Program-made: the position numbers and the translations under genes
Notes under the pieces: model-generated
Told to the model about the DNA's origin: nothing
Database searches by the model: none
The model's input: the letters and a program-made list of their open reading frames with translations, nothing else
Assembly (NCBI GenBank): GCA_044356535.1
Contig: JBIKWC010000004.1
Span: 14,707 to 78,706, forward strand
Reading direction: 5' to 3'
DNA from: Myxococcota bacterium
Lineage (GTDB): Bacteria > Myxococcota_A > UBA796 > GCA-2862545
Length of the DNA: 64,000 bases
Shown: piece by piece, positions 8,675 to 17,768 of the stretch
Position numbering within the stretch: the first letter of the stretch is position 1
Layout of the letters: the number at the start of each line of letters is the position of its first letter

Positions 8675-8992
8675 TCAGGACCCGCCGGACGTCACCAACC
8701 GCAGCGCGAGCCCGAACGCGATCAGCCCGCAGAGCGCACGCAACGCAGCGATGACCCGGGCCGGTCCCGCACCGAGCGGGAGCCCACGCACCACCACCGT
8801 CCCGGCGCGGAGGTCGCGGGCGGCGCCGAACACGAGCCATCCTCCTGCGGCCAGGAGGATCAGCACCCGGAGGGTCACCGGCAAGGAGAGCGCTCCCGGA
8901 CGTGAGGGTCGGCCGCAGTGTACCCCGCGCGACCACCGGTCCGACCGCGCTTCGCAGGTGGTGGCAGGTCGTTCCCGCTGGTGAGTTCGCAT
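8675..8992 (-). CDS. small two-TM membrane protein, hypothetical
   Basis: Two hydrophobic helices (LRVLILLAAGGWLVFGA; VIAALRALCGLIAFGLALRLV). Weak coding evidence. Confidence 0.3.
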   Translation of the reverse strand: MRTHQRERPATTCEARSDRWSRGVHCGRPSRPGALSLPVTLRVLILLAAGGWLVFGAARDLRAGTVVVRGLPLGAGPARVIAALRALCGLIAFGLALRLVTSGGS

Positions 8993-9010
8993 AGGCTGGG
9001 CGGGGAGTGG

Positions 9011-9628
9011 ATGGTGACGAGCGTCACGGCCATCTGGACCATGAACTTCGTGGGCTTCGCTCCCATGACGGTCGAGCAGGGGGCGGTGTGCGCGCACACC
9101 GTGCCCGAAGCGGGGCAGGTCTCTCCGGAGATCGGATTCCTCCACCTCACGGACCCAGCCGATGGATCGCGGGTGGGATCTGCAGGCTTCTCCGACGATT
9201 GGGCCGTCGCGCTCGGGTTGAATCCCGCGCGCTACGTCGTGGATGTGTCCTTTCGGCGGGAGCATCCGGTCGCGGTCGACGTCGTGGCGGGTCACTGCAC
9301 GTTCGTGGACGTGGGGCCCCTTCCCGTGCCTTCGGGCCTGGATTGGAGTGAGCCGGTTCGACGACGGAACACGGTCAACGTCGTGTTGGTGGAACTGGAC
9401 GTGGACCGGTGGGATCGGATCACCGTCACGTGCCGCGGACCACACCGGCCGGATTGGACGACACCGGGGTCGGCGGCCTGGCCGGCGCTCTCACCCCGCT
9501 GCACGCCGGCTCTCCGCCTTCGGCGCCATGGGGAGCCGGCGGTTCGCCTGCATCCCGAACGACTCGGGGTGACGAAGTGGGAGGTCGACGATGTCGATCC
9601 AGCACCTGCACACCGGCCCGAGCGTTGA
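9011..9628 (+). CDS. hypothetical protein
   Basis: Non-repetitive composition with W/Y/F/H/D/E (MVTSVTAIWTMNFVGFAPMTVEQG...). No recognisable domain. Confidence 0.35.
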   Translation: MVTSVTAIWTMNFVGFAPMTVEQGAVCAHTVPEAGQVSPEIGFLHLTDPADGSRVGSAGFSDDWAVALGLNPARYVVDVSFRREHPVAVDVVAGHCTFVDVGPLPVPSGLDWSEPVRRRNTVNVVLVELDVDRWDRITVTCRGPHRPDWTTPGSAAWPALSPRCTPALRLRRHGEPAVRLHPERLGVTKWEVDDVDPAPAHRPER

Positions 9629-9667
9629 CCGTGACGCCGCGCCGGCTCGCCCGGTTAGTCCCGCCCC

Positions 9668-11269
9668 GTGCGCCGGCTCGCGTGGGGACTGCTGACGATC
9701 ACCCTCGGCCTCCTCGTCGGAGCGCCGCTGGTCCGGCTGTTCGCCGAGCTCGATGCCGCTGCCCTCGCCGCGCTGCTCGACCCCCTCGAGCTGCGGGCGG
9801 CGAAGCACACCGTCGTGCTCGTGCTCGGCACCACCGGGGCGTCGCTCGTGGGCGGGGTGACGCTCGGCGTGTTGCTGGCCCGCACCGACCTGCCCCACGC
9901 CGACCGCCTGCGCACGGCGCTCGTGATCCCGTACGTCCTGCCGCCGTACGTCACCGCCCTCGGCTGGCTGCTGCTCCTCAACCCCGCGACGGGCTGGTTG
10001 TACCGGGGCCTCGACCCCTACTCGCTCGCCGGGATGGTGTTCGTCCTGGCCGTCGAACACACGCCGCTCGTGTTGCTGGCCACCGTCGACGCCCTCGGCC
10101 GGATGGACGGCTCGCTCGAGGAGCAGGCGCGCCTCGCCGGCTGCGGCCCCGTGGGCACCCTCGGCCGGGTCACGCTCCCGCTGGTGGCGCCGGCCATCCT
10201 GGCGTCCGCGTCGTTCGTCGCGTCGTCTTCGGCGGCGGCGTTCGGGGTGCCGTACCTGTTGTCCACCGGCAGCGCCGACCCCACCTTCGTGTTGACGACG
10301 CGCATCGCGCAGGCGCTCGACCTCGACCCGGCGTCCGGGCGGCCCCGCGCGGTGGCGTTGTCGCTCGTGTTGCTCGCCATCGGCGTGGTGCTCCCGGGGC
10401 TCCTCGGGTGGTGGCTCCGCGGCCGGTCGTACACCACGGTGCGCGGGAAGGTGGTGCGCCCCTCGGTCCTCGCGCTCGGGGCCTTCCGGTGGCCAGCGTT
10501 CGCGGCGGTGGTCGCCAGCCTCGCCGCCACCACGGCGCTCCCCCTCGGCGCCATCGCGCTCGCGTCGCTGCGCCCGAACCTCGGCGCCGACGGCTTCACG
10601 CTCGCGCACTACGCGCGGCTGGGCTCGGGTCCCGCGGCCGGTGTGTTCCTGCGCTCCACGCTCACCGCGGGGGTCGCTGCGGCTGCAGCGGTCGGGCTCG
10701 GGTCGCTGGTGGCGTTCCGGGACGTGCGCGACGGGCGGGACCGCGGGCTCCTCGCCACCGTGGCGCGCCTGCCGTACGCCGTGCCAGGGACCGTCCTCGC
10801 GCTCGGGATGTTGCTCGTGTTCTCGCAGCCCGTCCGCCTCATCCTGCTCGAGCGGGTCACGTTCGAGCTGCGCCTGGCCGACACCGCCGCGTTCCTGGCC
10901 CTGGCGTGGACCATCAAGTACCTGGCCCTGCCGGTGGGCACGGTGGGGGCGGCGCTGCAGGCCATCGACCCCGCGCTCGAGGAGGCCGGGCGCATCAGCG
11001 GCGCCGGGCCCTGGGCGGTGGCGCGGCGGATCGTGGCACCCCTGCTCGCGCCGAGCCTGTTGTCCGCCTTCGCGCTGGTGTTCCTGCCCGCGTTCTCGGA
11101 GGTGACGATGGCCTCGCTGCTGGCGGGGCCGCGCACGCCGGTCGTGGGCACGTTGCTGTTCGAGCGCCAGACCTACGGAGACCCACCCGGCGCCGCAGCG
11201 CTCGCGGTGGTCGTGGTCGTGGTCGTGCTGTCGGTGCAGACCGGGGTCCGGAGCCTCAGCCGGGCGTGA
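9668..11269 (+). CDS. ABC transporter permease, two-domain Fe(III)/thiamine-type (FbpB/ThiP-like)
   Basis: 533 aa with two repeats of a ~6-TM permease module; EAA-like loops; Pro/Gly-rich TM helices. Confidence 0.8.
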   Translation: MRRLAWGLLTITLGLLVGAPLVRLFAELDAAALAALLDPLELRAAKHTVVLVLGTTGASLVGGVTLGVLLARTDLPHADRLRTALVIPYVLPPYVTALGWLLLLNPATGWLYRGLDPYSLAGMVFVLAVEHTPLVLLATVDALGRMDGSLEEQARLAGCGPVGTLGRVTLPLVAPAILASASFVASSSAAAFGVPYLLSTGSADPTFVLTTRIAQALDLDPASGRPRAVALSLVLLAIGVVLPGLLGWWLRGRSYTTVRGKVVRPSVLALGAFRWPAFAAVVASLAATTALPLGAIALASLRPNLGADGFTLAHYARLGSGPAAGVFLRSTLTAGVAAAAAVGLGSLVAFRDVRDGRDRGLLATVARLPYAVPGTVLALGMLLVFSQPVRLILLERVTFELRLADTAAFLALAWTIKYLALPVGTVGAALQAIDPALEEAGRISGAGPWAVARRIVAPLLAPSLLSAFALVFLPAFSEVTMASLLAGPRTPVVGTLLFERQTYGDPPGAAALAVVVVVVVLSVQTGVRSLSRA

Positions 11270-11993
11270 GGAGCCCCAGCACGGCCTGCTGGCGGTCCGC
11301 CACCACCCCGAACCGGCCGATGCCCGGCACCGCCATCACCTCGGAGTGCACGGCGCCTCCGTGGTTGCGGACGCGCACCAGGGCCTCGTCGGCGTCGTCC
11401 ACCGTGAGGTACGGCAGCCACATCGGCGGCGCGGCCGCGAGCGGCGAGGTCATCGCGCCGGCGACCTGCTTCCCGTTCGCCAGGAGCAGGTGGTACTTGC
11501 CGTTCGGCATCGTCGTCTCCTGGGCCTCGAGGCCGAGCACCTCCTGGTAGAACTTCACGGCGACCGGCGCGTCCTTCGACCACAGCTCCATCCACGCGAT
11601 GGCCGGCTGGGCGGGCTCCGGCATGCCGGCGTTGGCGCTCTTGAACAGCGCCACCGTCGCGCCGTGGGGGTCCGCGACGATCGAGAACCGGCCGACGGTG
11701 GGGATGTCGGCGGGCGGGACCACGACCTTGCCGCCGGCTCCGGCGACCCGGGCGGTCCGGGCGTCGACGTCGTCCACGCCCCAGTAGGCGAGCCAGTGCG
11801 GCGGCACGCCGGGCATCTGCGGGGTGACGACCCCGGCGAACGTGTGCTCGCCGCGGCCCAGCATCGGGTACTGGAACCCGCTCATGTCCATGTGCGAGAC
11901 CTTCAGGCCCGCGACCTCGGACCAGAACGCGGTGCCGGCGCCGACGTCGGGGGTGACCAGCTCGAACCAGGCGAAGTGACCGTGCGTGCTCAT
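11256..11993 (-). CDS. VOC (glyoxalase/bleomycin-resistance/PhnB-like) family protein, two-domain
   Basis: MSTHGHFAWFELVTPD... ; duplicated halves each ending ...GRFSIVADPHGATVALF / GRFGVVADRQQAVLGLL. Start codon cat at 11991-11993. Confidence 0.8.
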   Translation of the reverse strand: MSTHGHFAWFELVTPDVGAGTAFWSEVAGLKVSHMDMSGFQYPMLGRGEHTFAGVVTPQMPGVPPHWLAYWGVDDVDARTARVAGAGGKVVVPPADIPTVGRFSIVADPHGATVALFKSANAGMPEPAQPAIAWMELWSKDAPVAVKFYQEVLGLEAQETTMPNGKYHLLLANGKQVAGAMTSPLAAAPPMWLPYLTVDDADEALVRVRNHGGAVHSEVMAVPGIGRFGVVADRQQAVLGLLTPG

Positions 11994-13224
11994 GGGTGTG
12001 CTCTCCGGTGGTGGTGAAGTCGGGGCCCTCGCCCCGTCCGCCTGGTTGACGGGCGAGGCCCTGGCCCGCCAGCTCGGCCAGGTGGTGTCGCGCGAGGCGC
12101 TCGTGGGCGACGTGTGGCCCGGGATCCGGGTGGTCGACAACGCGCTGAGCCAGGCGTTGAAGCGGGCGCGTGCGGCGCTCGGCGAGACCGCGGAGGCCCC
12201 GGTGCACCTGCTGACCGTCCCACGCCGAGGCTGGAAGCTCGTCGACGGGCCGGGTGCCGCGTCCGGGAAGGCCCCGGAGGACCGCTCCGAGGGAGCCGCT
12301 GTCGAAGCCGCCTGGTCCAGCCACCACGTCACGGCGATCGTCGGGCCGGGCGGAGTGGGCAAGACGACGCTCGCGCGCGCGTTGGCGAGAGCGCGAGGCG
12401 CGCTGGTGGTCGACCTCTCGCACGTGCGTGAGGTGACGCTCGCCCAGAGCGCGCTCGCGGAGGTGCTGCGATGTGCACCCACCCCGGCCGCCATCGACCG
12501 GGCGCTGACCCTCCGGGGACGGACCTGGATCCTGCTCGACGACATCGACGGGCTGGGCGGGGCGCACGCTGGCGCGCTCACGTCGCTCGGTCGCGACGCT
12601 CGGGTGCACTGGCTGCTGACGGGGCGCTCGATCCCCGCGGAGCTCGCCGCGGTCCGGGTGCCGCTCGGCGGCCTCTCGGAGGACGACGCCGTCGACGTGC
12701 TTCGCCGGGCGCTCCAGCGACCCGAGGACGACGCCGACCTCCGAGCGCTCGCGCGCGCCGTCGCGTGCTGGCCCCTGGCCCTCCGGTACGCCGGACAGCG
12801 ACTCGCCGCCGTGCGGGCCCGCGAGCTGGCTGCGCGGTTGACCGGCCCGGAGCTCCTCGCGCTCGGAGACGGCAGCGGCGCCCTCGCGACCTGCATCACC
12901 GACGCGGTCGGGGGCCTGGACGCCACCGCGCGCGCTGCGCTCTCGGCGCTCGGTGCGTGCGCCTGCCCCGCCACCCTCGACGCGCTGGTCCCCGCCACCA
13001 ACGCGCCGGTGGAGCTCGTCAGCTGCGGGCTCGCCACCTGGGACGGCGTCCGGTATCGGCTCCCCTTGCCCGTGCGGGACTGGGTCCATGCAGCGCTGTT
13101 GATCCCGCCCTGTGCGACCCGGAGGTTGCTCGTCAGGGGACGGCGACGGGTTGCTCCCGCTCGGTCGCGGCGTGCGCCAACCACAACACCACCCCCGCGC
13201 CCACACACACGTCCGCGACGTTGA
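11986..13224 (+). CDS. STAND/NB-ARC-type ATPase with partial OmpR/CadC-type winged-helix domain (short paralog of 29084-32440)
   Basis: wHTH remnant LTGEALARQLGQVVSREALVGDVW...VHLLTVPRRGWKLV. Walker A IVGPGGVGKTTLA; Walker B ILLDDID; sensor-1-like WLLTGRS; GxP-like ACWPLAL. GTG start overlaps the divergent VOC gene start. Confidence 0.55.
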   Translation: MLMGVLSGGGEVGALAPSAWLTGEALARQLGQVVSREALVGDVWPGIRVVDNALSQALKRARAALGETAEAPVHLLTVPRRGWKLVDGPGAASGKAPEDRSEGAAVEAAWSSHHVTAIVGPGGVGKTTLARALARARGALVVDLSHVREVTLAQSALAEVLRCAPTPAAIDRALTLRGRTWILLDDIDGLGGAHAGALTSLGRDARVHWLLTGRSIPAELAAVRVPLGGLSEDDAVDVLRRALQRPEDDADLRALARAVACWPLALRYAGQRLAAVRARELAARLTGPELLALGDGSGALATCITDAVGGLDATARAALSALGACACPATLDALVPATNAPVELVSCGLATWDGVRYRLPLPVRDWVHAALLIPPCATRRLLVRGRRRVAPARSRRAPTTTPPPRPHTRPRR

Positions 13225-13636
13225 AGATCGGCCAGGTGGCGGTGCCGAACCGCTCCACCAGCCACGGCGCGAGCCGCGGGTGGGTGGTGTAGACCCGGAT
13301 CATGTCGGTGACGGAGCCGTCTCCCACGCGATCGAGGAGGTTGCCGAGCGCCCCCGCCAGCACGGTGGCCAGCGCCGCCGCCTGCATCCGGGCGTCCCGC
13401 GGCAACCGCCACAGGGTCCAGGACAGGCCCACCACCGCCAGGACCCCGAAGGCCACGATCGCCGGCAGCGGCACGGGCATCGAGAACGCGACGTACGGGT
13501 TCTCCGCGTGGAACCACGAGAGCCAGCCGGGGATGAGCTGCACCTCGCCGCCGACCGGGAGCGACACGACCGTGGCGCGCTTCGTCGCGAAGTCGAAGCC
13601 CAGCAGCAGGGGCAACACGAGCCCGAACACCCACAT
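13133..13636 (-). CDS. lspA: lipoprotein signal peptidase (signal peptidase II)
   Basis: MWVFGLVLPLLLGFDFATKR..., conserved NxGxAF-like FNVADVCVGAGVVLWL. Four TM, 167 aa. Confidence 0.85.
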   Translation of the reverse strand: MWVFGLVLPLLLGFDFATKRATVVSLPVGGEVQLIPGWLSWFHAENPYVAFSMPVPLPAIVAFGVLAVVGLSWTLWRLPRDARMQAAALATVLAGALGNLLDRVGDGSVTDMIRVYTTHPRLAPWLVERFGTATWPIFNVADVCVGAGVVLWLAHAATEREQPVAVP

Positions 13637-13739
13637 CCGACGGTCGCGCACGAGGTGCCTCCCGAGCCGCAGGCTACTGCCGCCAGCGGGTCGCGGTCCG
13701 TCACGAACCGTCGGGTATGCTCTCGGCGGAGCCGCCCTG

Positions 13740-14693
13740 ACGCCTGCCGAGCTGGTCCCGTACGGAGAACACCGCGCCCCGGACGACTGCGCCGGGTGCC
13801 ACGCCGAACAGACGGCGGCGTGGGCGCGCTCCCGGCACGCCGTGGCCTCGGAGAACCCCATGTTCCGCGCGTCCTGGGACCGCGCGCCCGACGGCTGGTG
13901 CCTGGAATGCCACGAGCCGCTCCCGGCAGGCCAGGAGGCGCTGATCGGAGCCCTGGCGCGCCCGGGGGTGCGGCGCCCGGCCGAGGGGGTGGGCCAGGGG
14001 GTGACCTGCGCGGTGTGCCACCTGGTGGACGGCGTGGTGTTGACGGGCCCTGCACCGTCGCGGGCGGCGGCGGCAGCCCACCCGGTGCGCGCGGAGCCGG
14101 GCCTCGGGAGCGAGGCGTGTGCGCGGTGCCACGAGTTCCCGTTCCAGAACCACACGCGGCTCGCGCCGTTCTCCCTGGGCGACGAGCCTGCGCAGTCCAC
14201 GTTCTCCGAGTGGGCCTCCTCCGACGCTGCTGCGCGCGGCGAGACCTGCGCCTCCTGCCACCTGCCGGACGGCGACCACCACTTCGACGGCAGCCACGAC
14301 GGCGCGCTGTGGCGCGGACTCCTGGCGGTCACCCTGGAGCCCCAGCCCGGTACCGCCGTGATCACGCTCACCGGGGACCTCCCGCACGCGGTGCCCACGG
14401 GGGACCCGTTCCGGCGCCTGGAGCTGCGGCTGTGCGCCGACCGCGCGTGCCGCACCCTCGCCGGGGAGGCCGAGCTGCGCCGCGTGTTCGCGCCCGACGC
14501 CACCACCTGGCGCCTCGCGTCGGACACCACGCTCCCGGCCTCGCGCGGGGGCCCCACCGAGCGGCGGCTCGAGGTCCCGGTGACCGCGCCCGCGGTTGCG
14601 TGGGAGCTGTGGCTGATGTACGGCGAGCGGCGGTTGGAGCCGCTCCTGCCCCGCGACGAGGTGGGGCGGCGGGTGGACCGGGGGAGGTTCTGA
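13740..14693 (+). CDS. multiheme c-type cytochrome-like protein (5 CxxCH motifs); start and signal peptide not identified
   Basis: CAGCH, CLECH, CAVCH, CARCH, CASCH spaced 20-60 residues apart. No in-frame ATG/GTG with a hydrophobic N-terminus downstream of lspA. Stop TGA overlaps the ATG of the next gene (TGATG). Confidence 0.55.
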   Translation, partial: TPAELVPYGEHRAPDDCAGCHAEQTAAWARSRHAVASENPMFRASWDRAPDGWCLECHEPLPAGQEALIGALARPGVRRPAEGVGQGVTCAVCHLVDGVVLTGPAPSRAAAAAHPVRAEPGLGSEACARCHEFPFQNHTRLAPFSLGDEPAQSTFSEWASSDAAARGETCASCHLPDGDHHFDGSHDGALWRGLLAVTLEPQPGTAVITLTGDLPHAVPTGDPFRRLELRLCADRACRTLAGEAELRRVFAPDATTWRLASDTTLPASRGGPTERRLEVPVTAPAVAWELWLMYGERRLEPLLPRDEVGRRVDRGRF

Positions 14694-15394
14694 TGTGGTT
14701 CGTCGTCCCAGCGTTCGCCATGGCGCCCGTGACCGGGGACTTCGATGGGGACGGCAAGCCCGAGACCGTCGTCGTCGCGAAGGAGAAGCTCCGGGTGCCC
14801 CCGCTCGAGGACGTGTACTGCGAGGAGGGCACCTGCGAGCTCGAGGTGGTCGACGTGGTCGCCGACAAGCCTGGCCAGGAGCTCGTGGTGTGCCAGCTCG
14901 GGCCCCGCGACGACCGCTCGTGCGAGGTCCTGACGAAGCGCGCGGGCGCCTGGTCCACGGTGAAGTTCCCGGAGGCCCTGGGCACGCCGAGCTGGGTGTC
15001 GGCGTCGGGGAACGGAATCGTGCTCGGCTGGTACCAGGACCGCTGGTACACCCGGCTCGAGAAGTTCACGTGGAACGCCGGGACGGTGGCCCACGTCAAG
15101 CAGCCGCTCCTGTCGACCACCACGGAGCGCCACCCGGAGCCGTGGACCTTTCCTGTGGACCGCGTGTTCCCGATCTACGATCAGCCCGGGGGCAGCGTCG
15201 TCGTCGCGAACGTGGCGACCGGGCGGTCCGCGACCCTGGTGGGCGAGTCCCCCGAGCACCTGTACCGCTCGGGCTGGGACGACGGCAAGCGCTGGTTCCT
15301 GGTGCGCACGCAGTCGGGCCTCACGGGCTGGGCCACGCTCGCGTCCATCGTCGCGGCATCGGACGAGCTCGTGATGCGGGCCTCTGCGGGCTGA
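14693..15394 (+). CDS. hypothetical protein with FG-GAP-like DFDGDGKPE motif
   Basis: MWFVVPAFAMAPVTGDFDGDGKPE...; translationally coupled to the upstream CxxCH gene. Real-protein composition. Confidence 0.55.
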   Translation: MWFVVPAFAMAPVTGDFDGDGKPETVVVAKEKLRVPPLEDVYCEEGTCELEVVDVVADKPGQELVVCQLGPRDDRSCEVLTKRAGAWSTVKFPEALGTPSWVSASGNGIVLGWYQDRWYTRLEKFTWNAGTVAHVKQPLLSTTTERHPEPWTFPVDRVFPIYDQPGGSVVVANVATGRSATLVGESPEHLYRSGWDDGKRWFLVRTQSGLTGWATLASIVAASDELVMRASAG

Positions 15395-15415
15395 CCGTCG
15401 TGGTACACTGACCCG

Positions 15416-16821
15416 GTGGATACCTGCCCGACCACGCCCTTCGCCGAGGTGGCCCCCGAGGCCCTCACCGACGTGGACTCCGGGGATTTGTGGCCGATCG
15501 AGGGGGGGCGGTTCGTCGTGCGCGGCAGCTACTGGGTGCTGGTAGACCCGCTCCTGGGCCGGGTCGCCTCCCGTCCTCACTACCTCGGCCGGTCACCGAC
15601 GCCGGACGGGCGCTGGCTCGTGGGGGGAGGCGCGGCCCGGCTCGACCCCACGCCGGCGCCGGACGGCGTGCGGACGGCGTGGGTGGGTGGGTACGGCGGA
15701 AGTGAGCTCGCTGCGTGGTCCGAGACGGCCGCGGTGGTGCTCGCGACCGACCCCGACTGGCTCTCCGCGGGGGGCGCGGTCGACCCGGACCGATCGCTGC
15801 GATCCGCGCCGCTCGCGGGATCGCTCTGGGTGACTCACGACGACCGCTGGGAACTTGCGTTCGTCGATCTCCTCGACGGGCGCCTCCTCGGGGGAGCGTG
15901 CGCAGACCGTCCGTGGTTCGAGAAGGGCCCGCCGGTGCGCTGGTTCGCGGTGTACCACCCCACCGCTGCGGAGCCGGCGCAGTGGTTCCTCGAGGTCGAC
16001 GCTGGCGGCCGCGTCGTGGCCAGCGCGCCTGACGGGTGGTGGTGGTGGCTCGATCCGGCCACCGGAGACGCGGATCTCCACGACCCGTCCACGCCGCGCC
16101 CGTCCATTCCGACGCCGGACCCGTGGCACCCGGGCCACCTCGCCGCCGTGACCGACGACGGCGTCCCGATCGTGCGGGAGGGGGCTCGCTGCCTGGCCCT
16201 CCTGGGGGACGCCCAGTTCCCGTTCGACTGCCCACCCGACGACCAGCGGCCACCCCCAGCAGCGCCGGTTCCTTTGCCGCTGCCGGACCTGCCCGCGGGG
16301 GCGGTCGCCGTCCTGGGGATCCCCCTCGGTGGCGGGTTGTGGCGCGTGCGCTCGGAGGAGGCCCTGGTGGCGCTCCGGCCCGACGGTACGCCTGGGTGCG
16401 TGTTGCCCGACGGGGACGTGCGGTGGTCGTCGGACGGCCGGATCGTGGCGGTGGACGGTCGCCAGGGCCTCGGCACCTGGCAGCTCGACACGTGTGCGGC
16501 TGTCGTCGAGCCGGAGCTCCGAGAGCTGCCGCCCCTTGCGTCTGTGGTCCACCAGGGACCGCCGGACGGGAGCGCGCTGCAGGGGCTCGGTTGGTGCGGC
16601 ACCGGCATGGAGCAGCTCCTCCTGCGCTACCGGACCCACCCCGGTACGGGAGGCCGGACGCGACGGGCCGGCTGTTGTGGTCCAAGGGCCGCACCGTGGC
16701 CGGGTGGCGTTCGGGGGTGGGCTGGTCAGGAGCGGTCCGCGCCGAAGCCGCCGCGTGGGCGGTCGACGGCGGGGCGTGGCTGGTGGCGGGGGACGTGGTG
16801 CGCTGGGACCCGCTCCGGTAG
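15416..16821 (+). CDS. hypothetical Trp-rich protein (possible frameshift near 16640-16660)
   Basis: Protein-like composition through ~16650 (GDLWPIEGGRFVVRGSYWVLVD...PDGWWWWLDPATGD...). A plausible C-terminus ...DVVRWDPLR* is in another frame ending 16821. The annotated frame runs on into the lgt gene. Confidence 0.4.
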
Positions 16822-16833
16822 GCGGCGGACGCG

Positions 16834-17694
16834 TCAGGCCGTCGGCGTGGGCGCGATCGCCGGGGGCGCGCCCCAGATGCGGGCCGGGCCGATCGGGGCG
16901 TCCGTGCTGCGCAGGCGGTACACGAGGGCGCCGATGCACACCAGCGTGAGCACGGTCGACCAGTACTGGCCCGGCGTGAAGCCCAGATACCGCACGTCCG
17001 TGACCACCGGGCGCAGGTAGTCCATGCCGAAGCGCAGCGGGCCGTACAACACGCCGAGGGTCAACACCAGGGTGCCGGGCTTGAGCGCGCGCGCGTCCAG
17101 CAGGTTGAACAGGCCGAACATGCCGAGCGACCACAACGCCTCGTACAGGCCCATGTCGTGGCACGCGATGTTCTTGGCACCCGACGGCTGGCAGATGCCG
17201 TACACGCCGAGCCAGAAGTTCGTCTCCGTGCCCGGGTGGTCGTGGGCCACGAAGCAGCCCATCCGGCCGAAGAACCACCCGAGCGACATCCCGAGCGCGA
17301 GGCAGTCGAGGAACGGCCAGAGCGGCACCTTCTCCTTGCGGAAGAACCAGATCGAGATCGGGACGCACACCAGGAAGCCGCCGAACGACGACAGGCCCTG
17401 CCACATGTACAGGAACTGGATCGGGTCCGCGAGGTACTCGCGCGGCTTGTACATCAGGCCGTAGCCCACGTGCCCGCCCACGAACGTCCCGAACACGAGC
17501 CAGCCGATCAGCCGGTTGATCACCTCGGGATCTAGGCCGAGGCGCCGGGCGCGTGCCATCGCCGCCCGCCCGCCGAACACGAACCCCAACGCCACGAGGA
17601 ATCCGAAGCCGTGGAGCGGGAAGTTCACGATGGGGACGTTGAAGATCGGTTCCTCGAACCCTCGGATCAACGGGTGCACCAGCGCCTCCAGCAC
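16834..17694 (-). CDS. lgt: prolipoprotein diacylglyceryl transferase
   Basis: Polytopic; Lgt signature region GRMGCFVAHDHPG and conserved H/Y/R residues; 286 aa. Confidence 0.85.
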   Translation of the reverse strand: MLEALVHPLIRGFEEPIFNVPIVNFPLHGFGFLVALGFVFGGRAAMARARRLGLDPEVINRLIGWLVFGTFVGGHVGYGLMYKPREYLADPIQFLYMWQGLSSFGGFLVCVPISIWFFRKEKVPLWPFLDCLALGMSLGWFFGRMGCFVAHDHPGTETNFWLGVYGICQPSGAKNIACHDMGLYEALWSLGMFGLFNLLDARALKPGTLVLTLGVLYGPLRFGMDYLRPVVTDVRYLGFTPGQYWSTVLTLVCIGALVYRLRSTDAPIGPARIWGAPPAIAPTPTA

Positions 17695-17768
17695 GCGCAG
17701 GTAACCGCGTCTCCGACGCAGCGCCCCGGCCCCGCTTCCGGTAGACTGCCGGTCCGGAGCCCGCCGCG

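Noticed and set aside
8918-9010. N-terminal extension of the 8918-9628 ORF (MYPARPPVRPRF...)
   Set aside because: Pro/Arg-rich and overlapping the minus-strand small membrane ORF; the internal start MVTSV at 9011 is preferred.
11173-13206. 677-aa (-) ORF and 792-aa (-) ORF upstream extension beyond 11993
   Set aside because: Junk composition. The real VOC gene starts at the internal ATG 11991-11993; the + strand STAND paralog explains the region.
13112-15394. 760-aa + ORF
   Set aside because: Only its last ~233 aa (14693-15394) look protein-like; the rest is R/G/P-rich and overlaps lspA and the CxxCH gene.
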